From the NCBI GenBank assembly GCA_001643675.2, contig LSRY02000044.1, forward strand, positions 248,001 to 312,000: a stretch of 64,000 nucleotides of DNA, read 5' to 3'. The position numbers were made by a program, and so were the translations under genes. This document shows positions 33,819 through 45,572 of the stretch, in pieces. The stretch comes from Monocercomonoides exilis PA203. Its lineage: Eukaryota > Protista > Preaxostyla. The notes beneath the pieces are model-generated. The model saw only the letters and a program-made list of their open reading frames with translations, did no database searches and was not told the origin of the DNA. The stretch's first letter is position 1. Every line of letters begins with the position of its first letter.

Positions 33819-36800
33819 ATGGTTATGTTGCTGTCAGGAATATTATATTGTGTGTGGATAATTAGTGTGGGGTGCGTGTGCAAGGGCGCCACAAGTGATG
33901 GAGCAGGATTTGTTGAGGAATCAGGGAAAGAAGGAGAATTGGATTATCCTGAAGGCACATGGTCAGAGAAGGCTCAAAACAGCAAAATTGGAGATGGGAA
34001 TTTATTTGACACACATGTTGAAGGAAAAGAAGGTGGAGTGGGAGAGACCTGGAAAGAGGAGAGAACGATGAAGAAATGCTCAAAACAAAGGAATGAAGGA
34101 GGTGGAGAGATTGGGAAAGTTCAAAAACGGGGTTTATGTGAAGAGTGGAAAATGCGGGGAAAGGAGGGTGTGTGTGGTGGGAGTGGGGTTGAGGGAAGTG
34201 TTGTTGCAGTCAATTCATCAATGAAACTGAATTCATTGGGATTGAGGGAAATGGGTGGGGAGAGTGTGCTCAGGGCATCGGATGGAAGTTCTGTTGAGGT
34301 GAGTGGCTGTGTGATTGGGGTTGAGAGAGAGACGCCCCCCTTTGATTTGTGTGGGAGCTGTGGATTGTTCACCAACATTTCCCTCAGATCGTCTTCAACT
34401 TCAACTTCAACCTCAACATCGACCGAACAGATATTCCCTCCACTTTTCTCTTCAAAAGCAGTGGAAGGAGAGATTTCAGAGAGATGCCACATTTCTGTTT
34501 GTTCTTCTCATTTCTCATCTTTTTGTGTGTCTTCAGCTCCATTCATCTCATCGCACTTTGTGTGTCTTTCCAAATTAGAATTCTTCAACATCTCCACAAA
34601 ACCATCGAAAACAACACATCTGGATGAAGGGCTGAGCCAAACCTCGTTTCTGATGAGTGGGTGCACATTTTCATCGGTGTGGGATGTTTATGATGGAGGT
34701 ATTGTCTCCTCACTGAACAGCCCATCATCTTCCTTGGCTGCCTCGAACATCTCGTTTGTCAGGTGCTATCGCACTCAGAATGTTGCAATCAATGGGAGTG
34801 AAGGGAACCCATCGAAACCAGGGAGACAGCAGATAGCAGACAATGGGGCAAATTCGTTCACTTGGTGCGAGTGGAATGGGTCAAATACAACTGGAAATCA
34901 AAATTCTGTTTCAGATGGAGTTTCGAGTGGAGGAGCTATAAACATGTATAGCAAGACATCAGGAACACTTTCAGTGAAATTTTGTTCTTTCAATGATTGC
35001 TATGCGCATTATGCTGGGGGAGGTATTTTTTGCTATTCAATCAATTCTATCAAAATAGAGAACAACTCGTTCAATGCTTGTACAGCAAAAAATTGCTACG
35101 GAGGGGGGATGTATGCCATGTCTATTTCGTCATGTATAAGGATCAGCGGCTGTGAATTCCAGAAATGCAAAGCAAGTGGTTATGGAGGAGGGCTTAATCT
35201 TTATAATTTTAATGTTTCTGGATCTTCATGTATTGGAACGGAAAGTGGGAACGGGGAGAGTGCTTGTGTGTTTGAGTGCTCATTCATTTCGTGCTCGCTT
35301 ACAAATTCTTATGGCGGAGGGATGTATTGTGCTAATGTTCCAGCTGCATTCAAAATGCGAAGCCTCCAATTTATTTCGTGCTCAGCAGTGTCATATGGCG
35401 GAGGATTTTGGTTTAATCCAAGTCGATCAACAGCTCCAAGCAACAATCATTATTTTTATTTCTTCTTCTTCCATGATTGCAGATGCTCTGATTCCACTCC
35501 ATGTGGCCATGATGTCTCTTTCCAAGAACGATACAATCTCTTTTCATCTAAAAATCCGTTCTATGAATCTTACACAACGAATAGAAATGATACGAGAGTG
35601 TTCTATAATAATGATGTTTATCACCATACAGAAAAAAAGTGGTGGTTGAAGGATGGAAAATTATTATTTGTTGGGGAGAACGGAAATGACTCGAATGAAT
35701 TGTGTGGAATGAATGAGACAAAGCCTTGTAAAACGATTGGGCATTCTGTGAACAAATGCAATGATATTGCTAGTTTCGGAATTTCAGTGCTTGTTGGAAG
35801 GCATTGGAGAGAAGTTACGATGATCAGTGTTGGGGAAAAGAAGATAACAATAACAGGGAGAGGGAAGACAGTGAGTGCGATTGGGACAAGTGCACTTTCT
35901 TCACCTTCAACAACGCTGTTCAGCATATCTTCTGGTCAACTGGAGGTTGGGCATGTGGGGATCGATCACAACGCGACAAGAAGCCCATCGCCGAGTGTGT
36001 TTGTGGTGTTACTAGGGAGCGGGACTCTTTCGCTGGAGGATGTTGTGATCGACTCTTCGACATCAGGTGGGAGTGGAATGACGAAGTGTGTGTTAGATGT
36101 TGCGCTGAATCAGCTGAAAATGATTGATGTGGAGATCAAAAATATAAAAATGAGTCAACCACTATTTGCTGAGCCATCATCAGCCGGATCGTCATCAGGA
36201 GAGAGTTTGCTTGGGAATGTGACAATTCGGAATGTGAATCGGACAACAGGGGACGGCGTGATTTTGTCAAAAAGCGTGAAGGGAGGAGAGACATTTGTGG
36301 TGTGGAACACAACAATAGAAGGGTGTGAGTGTTTGAATGGAGATGGAGGAGGGATAAAGGTTGTATTGGAGGATTCAACAAGCAAGATTCTCATAGGAGA
36401 TTCAACGTCACCTTGCGGAGGGACAACAACATTTAATCAGTGCAAGTGCAGTGGATGTGGAGGAGGGGTATTTATTTCTCTGGGAGATGCAGATGTGAAG
36501 TTTGAGTTATCAGATACTCTTGTATTTAATCAGAATGAAGCGGAATATGGAAAGAATATGTTCATTTTTGGAAAGGATTTAAACAGTTCTGTGACAAATG
36601 AATCATTCAAGTTTGATTATTCATCAATGAAGGATGATAAGACTCTGTTTGTGGGGAGTGATGATTTTCATTCAAACAAAGATTTATTCATGTTCCTCAT
36701 TCCATACAGCTCAATTGAGATATTTATCTCATCTGAAGGATTTGATGTTGCAAGATGTGGAAGTGGGGAAGAACCATGCCAAACGATGTGGAAAGGGATG

Positions 36801-39800
36801 GAAAACATGAAAAAGGAAAATGGAAAGAAAACAATTCAGATTGAAGGATCAACAATTATTCGAGATTCATATGACCTTTCCAATTATCAGATCAAAAAAA
36901 GTGTAAAGATGGGAGAAGAGAATGTGAAAGCAACTTTGAATTTTGAAAAAGAAATTGGAAGTCAACTGGAATATTTCATGGAAAATGATATTCGTCTTGA
37001 ATTGACAAATATTCAACTTCAACTGACATCTGATTTTGTCAACTCAGCCAAAACAATTATTTCCAACAAAAATGGAGAATTGGTGATAAGTGGTTGCTCA
37101 TTCCATTCAGAGGCAGAAGTGAACAATGGATTTGATTGTGTGTTTGTGGATGTGATTGGAGGCAGTGTGGATGTGAATGATTTGTCGATGGAATCGTGCA
37201 ATGCTGGAAACAGTATTTTTGCAATTAACAATGCTGGAGTTTCTTGCCAGTTGAGGAATGTTCGAGTGAAATTGTTGAATGAAAGCAGAGGATGTCTTCT
37301 TCTGATCAAAGGACCTGAATTAATAACAAAGATAAATGAAGTGGGCGAGGAAATGAATCTCAAAATTGATAATTCATCATTTTCAGGAGTGAAGAGAAGT
37401 GACAATGGAGCAAGCATTTTGGAATCAAAGAGTGAGAATAAGATTTGTTTGATTATGAATTCGAACAACATCACAGAAGACAAGGCAGAAACAAGTGAAA
37501 AAGGAGGGGCAATATTCTTCACATTGGGTGCATCTGGATCAATGAAGATGATTGACTCGATAATCAGTCAATGCAGCTGCAGTGACTCCACAGGAAGAGG
37601 AGGAGGAGTGTATTTGACAACAAAGGAAAGAGGGGATTTGAATTTCACATTTATGGGAATGAAGTTCAGTGCGAACACAGCAAGAGTGGGGAATGATATT
37701 TTCATTGAATGTTTCAACATCACATCGCAGATCAATGAAAGACAATTTCAGTTTGATCTTCGAGAGAATCATTATTCACGAATAAATGCAATCTATGGAA
37801 TTGATAGTTGTGAACACAAAGAAGATACGAATCTGATTGAGTTTGTGACTATCCATCAGAGTGACACAATTGTTGTGAGCAGTGCGGTTGGATCGAATGA
37901 CAGACAATGTGGAACAAATGCTCTTCCATGTGATTCAATTGAACGGGGTCTGATTCACTTGACATCAGAGCTGATAAGTCAAATTCTCATTGTTGAAGAG
38001 AGTGTGATTGGAGAAGAGATAAATCTGAAGGAAATGAGTCTGAGTTCGAAGAGCAGAGAGATGTGTGAAGTTGAAGTGAAATCAAACATTGGAAAAACAA
38101 GAGAGGCATTGATAACAACAACTGGAACAGTCTCATTATTGAGAGTGAATTTTGTGTTTGATTCAGATTTCATCTCTTCCCACGAATCACTGATATCACC
38201 AGAGAGAGGGATTCTTGAAATTATGAATTGTTCATTCACAGCAAAACAATTGACGGACGGAGTTAATGAAGCTTTTGCAATCATTCCATTTCACATCATT
38301 AATACGGCAGAAGGAGAATTACAACTTGATGGATGTGCAATATCAAATCTCATTCTTCAAGAATCTGCTTTATCCCTTTCATCATCACTTTCATCAGTGA
38401 TTTATTTGTTTGGGATATTCAATTCAACAATAAAAACTTCTCTGATAGATATTAATGAATGTGGACAATTAAACATGGAAAAGTTTTACACAGAAAATAT
38501 CACAGTTGAGGGAAATGAAGAATCATTGATATCTTGCCTGACAATGAAAAAGACAGTTCAGTTGACAAATTGCACAATGGGCAGAGTCAGTACAAAGACC
38601 ACAAAAGGGAAATTGATGAAAGTGGAGAATTGCACAGATGTGAAAATGGATAGTTGCATTTTTGATGGAAGTTTAAAGGAAAGAAATGAGCAATATTTGA
38701 ATAAAGAAGAAGAAGAGATGTGCAGATGGGAAGGATCTCTTGTGGATGTTGTGAAGAGTTCTGTGATGATGAAAGACACAACAATCTCGAATTCACCAGA
38801 TGGTGGAGTCACAATGAGTGGAGGAAATGTGAATATTGAGAAAGGAGAGTTTATGAACAACAATCCTTTCATTGAAAAATATCCATCATCGAGAAGAAAC
38901 ATCATCTGTTCAGATTCAGGAACATTGAATGTGATGAGTTTGAAAGGAGGAGATGGATTGAAGGATAACACATCACTTTGGATGTTGAATGAAGGGTGCA
39001 GTTTTGAAGGGATTGTTTCAGAGAGAGATTCATCATTCTTCATTCCAGTTCCGGAGAGTGTAGAAGTGAAAGAAGGGACAGATAGAATGAAGCTGACATT
39101 CAAAGGAATGCTTCTTATTCCTTGCAATCTGTCATTCTCTGTTGTGAAGAAGAAGGGAGAAGAGAAAAAAATTGAAAAACATGAGTTAGATTCAAATGGA
39201 TTCTTGTCAGAAAGAGAAGTTGAAGGGAGTGTGGGAAAAGATCTCATTAGCAGTTGTGGAGATGAAATTGAGGTGAGTGTGTTTATTTTGTTTGGGAATG
39301 CAGAATCTCCTTCATCAACAAATTCATTCATTCTGAAGAATGCCAGTGAAAGTCAGGAGAATGGAGATGAAAGAGTTGTTGAAGGAGGAAAAGAAGGGAA
39401 ATCTTATTGGTTATTGATTGTGATTGTGCTTGTTGTAATTCTGTTGATTGTTTTTGTTGTGTCAATTGTTCTGGCTGTTCGATGGAGAAAGGCAAAAGAA
39501 GAAGCGAAAAAATACAAGGAGATTGTGAATGACAACATCAAGAAGGATGCGAAGGCATTTGAGATGGTAACGATGGAGATGTCACCAGAGGCGCAGTGGA
39601 GGAGAGAAGAGATGAATAATGAAGAGAATGCAAAGAAGAGGGTGTATGAAAAGAAGATGGTGCATTCGGAGTCAGAAGAGTATTTGTTGGCTGAGAGTGG
39701 ATCGACAGAATATATTCTTGGAAAGGATTCAGGCAAGATTCCTGAATGTGCATTGGAGAAAGAAGAAGAAGAAGAGATAAGGAAGAGAACACCGTCACCA

Positions 39801-40766
39801 CCCATCTCATCCACAGACACAGAAACCACATTTGTGAGGATGGACGATCTGTGTCCGACCACCTCATCGATATCGAATCTGGTGGATGCAATGGCCTGCT
39901 CCTCTCCTCATGAGAAACTGATTGTGGACTTGAGCGATTCATTGTTCATGCTGCTGCATGGGAGGAATAAGACAAAGGAGATGACGATAGGCACTCTTCA
40001 AGAGAGGGAGCAAACAGCTTCCCAGATCCTGTTCTGGGTGGCTAATCTCTCACTCCACTCGTTTGATGAAATGGAAGTTCCACTTTCCTCTCTTTCCAAT
40101 CTGAGTCCGCACATTGTTCTCTTCTCAGAACACATGGTCATTTGCATTGTGATGCATTCTGATTTCCTTTCATCTGACGATTCTGATTCATCATCCATCT
40201 CTTCATCAACTGTTGTCACTTCAGCAAGTGATGATGATGATGACAGTGACTCACTGCCTTCATCAGCCTTTGAGGATGAGGATGATTACAAAAAGGAATG
40301 TTTGCGATGGATGGCACCAGAACTGCTGATGAAGAGGAAGATGGGAGCAACGAAGGAGTCGGTTGTGTTTTCGATTGGGATGATGCTGTGGGAGTGCTTG
40401 ACACTGGAGATTCCGTTTGGGGAGTATGAGGCAGCGATTGCAGGAGACAAGATTGTTCGTGGGGAGAGGCCGAGGATGGGGGAAGAGCAGTCGAGCCTTG
40501 AAGAGGTGGTGAAGGGGTGTCTGTCGGGTGAGGCAGGGCTGCGGCCGACATTGGGAGATTTGAAGCGGGAGTTTCTTGGGCACTTTCCGAAAGAAGCGCT
40601 GATCATGACAGTTTCGGATGCAGTTGCGATTCAGTCGTTGATATATTGCGAAGCAAATGAACAGGAAAATGAGGGAGAGGATAATAATGATAATGATGAA
40701 GTTGGTGAAGTTGATGGGGATGATGAAGATGAGGGAAGCACCAGCAGCAGTTGCAGTTTGAAATAG
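33819..40766 (+). CDS. Intact intronless giant receptor (~2315 aa): signal peptide, Cys-rich beta-helix/GG(A/G)-repeat ectodomain, single TM, degenerate kinase-like domain
   Basis: First ATG 33819 is followed by hydrophobic MVMLLSGILYCVWIISVGC. Repeated FxxCxAxxxGGGxY and GxDxxxCGxxxxPCxT modules. TM ~39410-39480. APE and C-lobe motifs present; Gly-loop, VAIK, HRD and DFG not recognisable. Confidence 0.9.
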   Translation: MVMLLSGILYCVWIISVGCVCKGATSDGAGFVEESGKEGELDYPEGTWSEKAQNSKIGDGNLFDTHVEGKEGGVGETWKEERTMKKCSKQRNEGGGEIGKVQKRGLCEEWKMRGKEGVCGGSGVEGSVVAVNSSMKLNSLGLREMGGESVLRASDGSSVEVSGCVIGVERETPPFDLCGSCGLFTNISLRSSSTSTSTSTSTEQIFPPLFSSKAVEGEISERCHISVCSSHFSSFCVSSAPFISSHFVCLSKLEFFNISTKPSKTTHLDEGLSQTSFLMSGCTFSSVWDVYDGGIVSSLNSPSSSLAASNISFVRCYRTQNVAINGSEGNPSKPGRQQIADNGANSFTWCEWNGSNTTGNQNSVSDGVSSGGAINMYSKTSGTLSVKFCSFNDCYAHYAGGGIFCYSINSIKIENNSFNACTAKNCYGGGMYAMSISSCIRISGCEFQKCKASGYGGGLNLYNFNVSGSSCIGTESGNGESACVFECSFISCSLTNSYGGGMYCANVPAAFKMRSLQFISCSAVSYGGGFWFNPSRSTAPSNNHYFYFFFFHDCRCSDSTPCGHDVSFQERYNLFSSKNPFYESYTTNRNDTRVFYNNDVYHHTEKKWWLKDGKLLFVGENGNDSNELCGMNETKPCKTIGHSVNKCNDIASFGISVLVGRHWREVTMISVGEKKITITGRGKTVSAIGTSALSSPSTTLFSISSGQLEVGHVGIDHNATRSPSPSVFVVLLGSGTLSLEDVVIDSSTSGGSGMTKCVLDVALNQLKMIDVEIKNIKMSQPLFAEPSSAGSSSGESLLGNVTIRNVNRTTGDGVILSKSVKGGETFVVWNTTIEGCECLNGDGGGIKVVLEDSTSKILIGDSTSPCGGTTTFNQCKCSGCGGGVFISLGDADVKFELSDTLVFNQNEAEYGKNMFIFGKDLNSSVTNESFKFDYSSMKDDKTLFVGSDDFHSNKDLFMFLIPYSSIEIFISSEGFDVARCGSGEEPCQTMWKGMENMKKENGKKTIQIEGSTIIRDSYDLSNYQIKKSVKMGEENVKATLNFEKEIGSQLEYFMENDIRLELTNIQLQLTSDFVNSAKTIISNKNGELVISGCSFHSEAEVNNGFDCVFVDVIGGSVDVNDLSMESCNAGNSIFAINNAGVSCQLRNVRVKLLNESRGCLLLIKGPELITKINEVGEEMNLKIDNSSFSGVKRSDNGASILESKSENKICLIMNSNNITEDKAETSEKGGAIFFTLGASGSMKMIDSIISQCSCSDSTGRGGGVYLTTKERGDLNFTFMGMKFSANTARVGNDIFIECFNITSQINERQFQFDLRENHYSRINAIYGIDSCEHKEDTNLIEFVTIHQSDTIVVSSAVGSNDRQCGTNALPCDSIERGLIHLTSELISQILIVEESVIGEEINLKEMSLSSKSREMCEVEVKSNIGKTREALITTTGTVSLLRVNFVFDSDFISSHESLISPERGILEIMNCSFTAKQLTDGVNEAFAIIPFHIINTAEGELQLDGCAISNLILQESALSLSSSLSSVIYLFGIFNSTIKTSLIDINECGQLNMEKFYTENITVEGNEESLISCLTMKKTVQLTNCTMGRVSTKTTKGKLMKVENCTDVKMDSCIFDGSLKERNEQYLNKEEEEMCRWEGSLVDVVKSSVMMKDTTISNSPDGGVTMSGGNVNIEKGEFMNNNPFIEKYPSSRRNIICSDSGTLNVMSLKGGDGLKDNTSLWMLNEGCSFEGIVSERDSSFFIPVPESVEVKEGTDRMKLTFKGMLLIPCNLSFSVVKKKGEEKKIEKHELDSNGFLSEREVEGSVGKDLISSCGDEIEVSVFILFGNAESPSSTNSFILKNASESQENGDERVVEGGKEGKSYWLLIVIVLVVILLIVFVVSIVLAVRWRKAKEEAKKYKEIVNDNIKKDAKAFEMVTMEMSPEAQWRREEMNNEENAKKRVYEKKMVHSESEEYLLAESGSTEYILGKDSGKIPECALEKEEEEEIRKRTPSPPISSTDTETTFVRMDDLCPTTSSISNLVDAMACSSPHEKLIVDLSDSLFMLLHGRNKTKEMTIGTLQEREQTASQILFWVANLSLHSFDEMEVPLSSLSNLSPHIVLFSEHMVICIVMHSDFLSSDDSDSSSISSSTVVTSASDDDDDSDSLPSSAFEDEDDYKKECLRWMAPELLMKRKMGATKESVVFSIGMMLWECLTLEIPFGEYEAAIAGDKIVRGERPRMGEEQSSLEEVVKGCLSGEAGLRPTLGDLKREFLGHFPKEALIMTVSDAVAIQSLIYCEANEQENEGEDNNDNDEVGEVDGDDEDEGSTSSSCSLK

Positions 40767-41814
40767 TTTGGAATGGGAATGAAGGTGAGCAGAAAGAGGA
40801 AATGAAGGAAATGTGGATGGATAAATAAGGATGAGGTTGCTTTGAACAAGTGTTTTGTTTGTGGAATGGAAATATCAGGGCAGCTGCATTACCAGTGGTT
40901 GCTTTGTGGAATTGAAGAAAGTCAGGTTTTTATTTCAAATAGATGGTTTTTTTATTTTTGAGAATGTGTTTTGATTTGTGGGAAAGCCTCAAATGAATAT
41001 TTGTTTTTATTTTGTTTGTATAATTTCACTGAATTCAGTCACTCGCCAAAACAACTGTTTTTATTTGTCTTTTTTCTATTTTCAAGTTTTTGTGATTGTA
41101 TTTCCCTTTCTGATTGTTAATAGACATGAATATTTATTTTCTGTTGTTTCTCATATATTTATTGTTTTGATTGATTTTCCAACACCTTTTCGAATGTTTT
41201 GATAAATAGGTTTTTGTTGAATCACTATTCTTATTTTTCAATTGTTAATCCGATATGTATTTGCAGTCATCTTCTTGTGTAACTCAAACCATTTTTGTTG
41301 TTTTTAAATTCTTCTTTTCTTTTTTTTTTTCCCCATTCATTTTAAGAGTAGATAAAGTGTTTTTAAACACGCAACACCAACACAGCTTGAATAATGAAGT
41401 GATAAAGAATAATTTTTTAGAAATTGAGAATTTTTTTAATAATTGAAGCATAGCAAATGCTGAACAAGTATTATCGCTCAAATTATTCAGAAACGACACA
41501 TTGTTTAAGAAGGAGATAATTCTGTTTTATAAAAATTTCGTTGAAATAGATTGTTTGAAAATTTGAGAAAAAAAATTTCACTAAAAAAATGGCAAATGAA
41601 TGGGGTATAATTATTGCAATTTTGAATTACACAGAGATTTATTTCAAACTTTTTCTACAATTATATCACAAAAAGAAAACCACAATTATCAAAAAAATTT
41701 GGAAAATTTTTTTGGAATGAGAAATTTTTTTATTAATTGAGAAGAAAAGATAATTTGATGAAATTTGAATAAAAAATTTCTATTTTAATATCTTCAGTCT
41801 ATTCGAATCAAATA

Positions 41815-41856
41815 TGAGTTTATTTGAATAAGGTATACTTTATTCAAATAAACTCA
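41815..41856. repeat. 42-bp near-perfect palindrome
   Basis: TGAGTTTATTTGAATAAGGTA|TACTTTATTCAAATAAACTCA, one mismatch. Confidence 0.9.
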
Positions 41857-44525
41857 CTTCATTTAAGAATTCTCAACTTCATTTGAGTTTCTGTTTTGTT
41901 ATGATTTCAAAAAGAACAGAATAATGAACATTATAATTTTGATGTTCGATAAAAACTATTTTTATGTGTTTTTAACTTTTGTGAATAAGTGAAAAGATGA
42001 TTTCTTTTTTCTGAAATTCAAAAAAATGAACACATTGGTTTGGATGCAATTAATAGGAAATTCCAAATATGCAAACATTATAAATACATTAATCAAAAAC
42101 AATTTTTATCGCTTATCTGATTAAGTGAAATTGTTGAAAACAAAAAATCAAAAAAATATGGAAATTTGAAATTGCAGATATTCGATGTTTGGCTAACAAG
42201 ACAATGGATCATTATGCAAACGTAATGCATGGAGCAAGCAAGTTCTTTTTTAAGCGGATGATCACAACTTTCATGGCAATTTGTTGATGAAAGGTGAAAT
42301 ATGGATTAATAGTTCAATTGTGTCTTCTTGGCGCATTGATACAGTGTTGCTCTTCAAATATGCATGCGCGAATGAGAAAATATGCATAAGGTTTGTATTG
42401 AATGTCTGTTTTTGAAAGATGTTGAATTTATTGAAATACATCATTTGCATATTCGTGTTTTAATTAAGGCTTCAAAATGTGAAATGCAGAACAAAAAGAA
42501 CGAGTAACACAAAAATATATACTTTATTGTTTTGAAGAGAAAGAAAACCATTTGCTCCAAGACGAAGAAAAGAAAGGAAATGGTTTTTTAAAAAGGAAGA
42601 AAGACTGGTGAGAAAAAGTGGAAATACGAAAATTGAGAGTGTTAATGATTCGAAAAACTCCAAACATTTATTCTGGTTGAGGGAATGCTTAAGTTGAAAG
42701 ATATTTTTTTATCTAAGAAAAAGAATTTAAAGAGGAAAATGAGGAAAGGAAAAAACAGAAATTGGGAATGCCATATGTTTCTTTTTTTGTTTAAAAGAGG
42801 TGAAGGGTCAAGTTGAATGTTTGAAGGATTCAGTGGAAACTGCTTGCCAGAAGAATATGCAACCAAAGAAGAATAATTCAGATTCATGTGTGTTTCAACG
42901 GAAGTCTTTGAATTTATTATCGTTAACCTTCATTATTCCAAATATCAAATAATTTCATCAATAACATCTTCTTTTTCTTCTTCATTTCCTTCGAACTGCA
43001 ATGATCTTTTCCTTCCTTCTCGTCCTCACTTATCACTGGCGGGGATTCAAATCAGAAACACTCGAAAACGCATTCTTTCACCTTCTATGAAATACTGCTT
43101 CACATGCACCTTGGAAAGCAAAGGTTAATTTTCATCTTCTCATCGTTCTTCTTCTTCCTCTTTTTCTTCCCACGGATCAAGTTCCACTTTCTTCATCTGT
43201 TTCATCAATCCGATTTGGAGCAGAACGCCGATCTGATTCACTATTCTAGGGGTAGAGAATCGAAGAGAAGAAGGCGGTAGGAGATGATCAGTCATCATCT
43301 TCTTCTTCCACATCGCCTGCGATTGACCCTTCGGATGTCTCGGAGGAGGTGATTTCATACACTTCGGAAGCAGCGATGGACAACAACGAGAGATGTCTGA
43401 GAGCGATTACATCTGAAGAAGGTGAGGAATATGTAAATCAAAAGAAGTAGCTCTGAGGTTACAACGAACTAGGTGAGCGGTGTTGTGTCAGAGTGTTGTC
43501 TGTGCATAAGATGTGGCGCTTTCTGCGACACTTTCAGTATCGCTGGTGGTGCAATTTCCTTCGCTTGCAACTTCAGCTGGAATGAATTCCAGGAGCAAGC
43601 AAAGCTTTGATGCGTTGAACATAACTGCGCTCTAATCAATCAATGAACTGTTTGATCCATCGTTGATGTGGTTGGAGATTGTTCGGCTGGAATCGTGATC
43701 GCTGCAGTTGAGGAGTGTGATGGCGAGGCATGACGACGAAAAGATGGGGCAAGGAGTTGCAGCATGCGAAGTGGGAAAGATAAAGGAGAAGGCACCGGAG
43801 GATATAAGGCTGAAAGTGGAAGATGTGGTTATGCTGACAGGAGTGATTGCGCTGGATGTGCTGGAGGAGCGAGAAGATGAAGTGAGAGGAGGAGGTGATG
43901 GAAATAAGGAGAAAGGATTGTATCCGACAGCGCACAGAGAGTTTGTGGAGAGAATCAAAGAGAAGCAGGGGAAGTTGGAAAGTGCAATGGTACTGTTGGT
44001 TGGTAAGCACTTGGGCTGAGTCGGCTGAGGCTTGTGAAGGCGGAGACACATGAAGAGACAGACAAACAGTAATTAACAGAAAGTGAAGGATGCAGTTCTT
44101 CTCCATCCGATAACATCCAACAGGAGAACAGGAGAGCAGAAGAAGAATCAGCAGATGGGTCTTTGGATATAACTTTAGATGGAAGTTCAGATGGAGAAAA
44201 GAAAGATGAGGAACAAATGCAGATATAGAAGAATGATTTGGCGATGTTTGAGGAGTCAGAGATAGAGAGAAGTTCGATTGATATTGAGAAGGAAGAGGAA
44301 GAAGAGGAAGAAGAGAAAGCCAATGGATACATGAAGTTTATTTTTAAGGAATATGAGGAACAAGCAGAAAGAGGGGATAATACATGAGGTTTTGGAGAAG
44401 TGAACACGGAAGTTGGAGCTTCAGCTTCACATTAAAAAGGTATATTATCACAAACATAGTCGAAGTGGAAGGAATAGGAAGAGAGGGTGAGGAAGAGAAT
44501 GAAGAGAATGAAGAGATGAAATTTC

Positions 44526-45572
44526 TCATGAATTTTCATTTGAAAAAAATGGAGATAAGATGATTGGAAGCCAACTGTTGCACTCAGCATTATTAGCTAT
44601 ATTGCTGTTCCGCCGTCTTCGTGTTGGAGTTGTTGAACCACATTGCTGGAATGGAGATTGGGTTATGACATTGCCACTGAAGAAAACATCGTTTCCTCTT
44701 CCATTAGTTGCGGTGATGCCATCGAAGAAACAGTAAGTGATGAATTTTTCTCCACGTATCCAAGAATAAAGAGGATAAAAACAAATTGCAGTACCTCCGT
44801 ATGTTGAAGAGGCAGTCAATTTGTTGTTTATAAACTGACACTCAACGATTGAAAATAGTTTTGGCTTAGCTCCTGGAGGGTGGTGAAATGTAAGAGAACA
44901 AGCAGAATTTCCACCAGAATTTGAAATGCACTTGCATTTAGAAAACAGGAATTGAAAATTTGTATAATCATTTCCGAGACCAAAATACCAACCAGTTCCA
45001 CACCAGTTTGTGATTGAACAGCTTTCAACTCTATTTTCAGAGAATGTCCAAACAGAATTTGATTGTGGCCAGCCAACGAAAGCAGCTCCTCCATGAGCCG
45101 CAGTACAACTTGTGAAATTGGATTTTGCGAAATTGACATTTTGCAAATATCTGCAAAATAATGCTCCACCATGATCACCAGTTGAACAATTGTTGAATGA
45201 ACAAGAAGTGATTGTGAGATTTGCATTTGTGCATTCAACATAAAGTGCACCCCCATGGCCAGTTCCACCATTTGAATTCTCCCATATGCACCACTCGAAG
45301 CGATGACTGTTTTGATCGAATGAAGTCAGTCTTCCAAGTTTCACTCTTTGAGATTCATTTCCTTCATATACAACAGGAGCATTTGGTGAAGAGCGTGTTT
45401 GGTGGAGAAAGGAAGTTTTGAAGGCAGAAAGAGAAGTGAATGGGCAGTTGATGGAAGGGAGAATGGCGCCATCGATGGGGTTGTGGGTATGGAGGAAGAT
45501 GGATGAGTGGATGGAGATAGATGACTGAAGGGAGAAGGAGGGGATTGAATTGGTGTTGGTTGAAGTGAACCT
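44526..45572 (-). pseudogene. Fragment of a divergent receptor-family N-terminal beta-helix ectodomain
   Basis: HRFEWCIW...GHGGALYV...SCSFNNCSTGDHGGALF...CFFDG...GNDVFF parallels NSFTWCEW...SGGAINM...FFFHDC...GHDVSF of the intact gene; truncated. Confidence 0.7.

Noticed and set aside
33862-40849. Many minus-strand ORFs over the receptor gene (also over 77-1279, 6286-7152, 15614-16906 and the NAP gene)
   Set aside because: Antisense shadows of real coding sequence.
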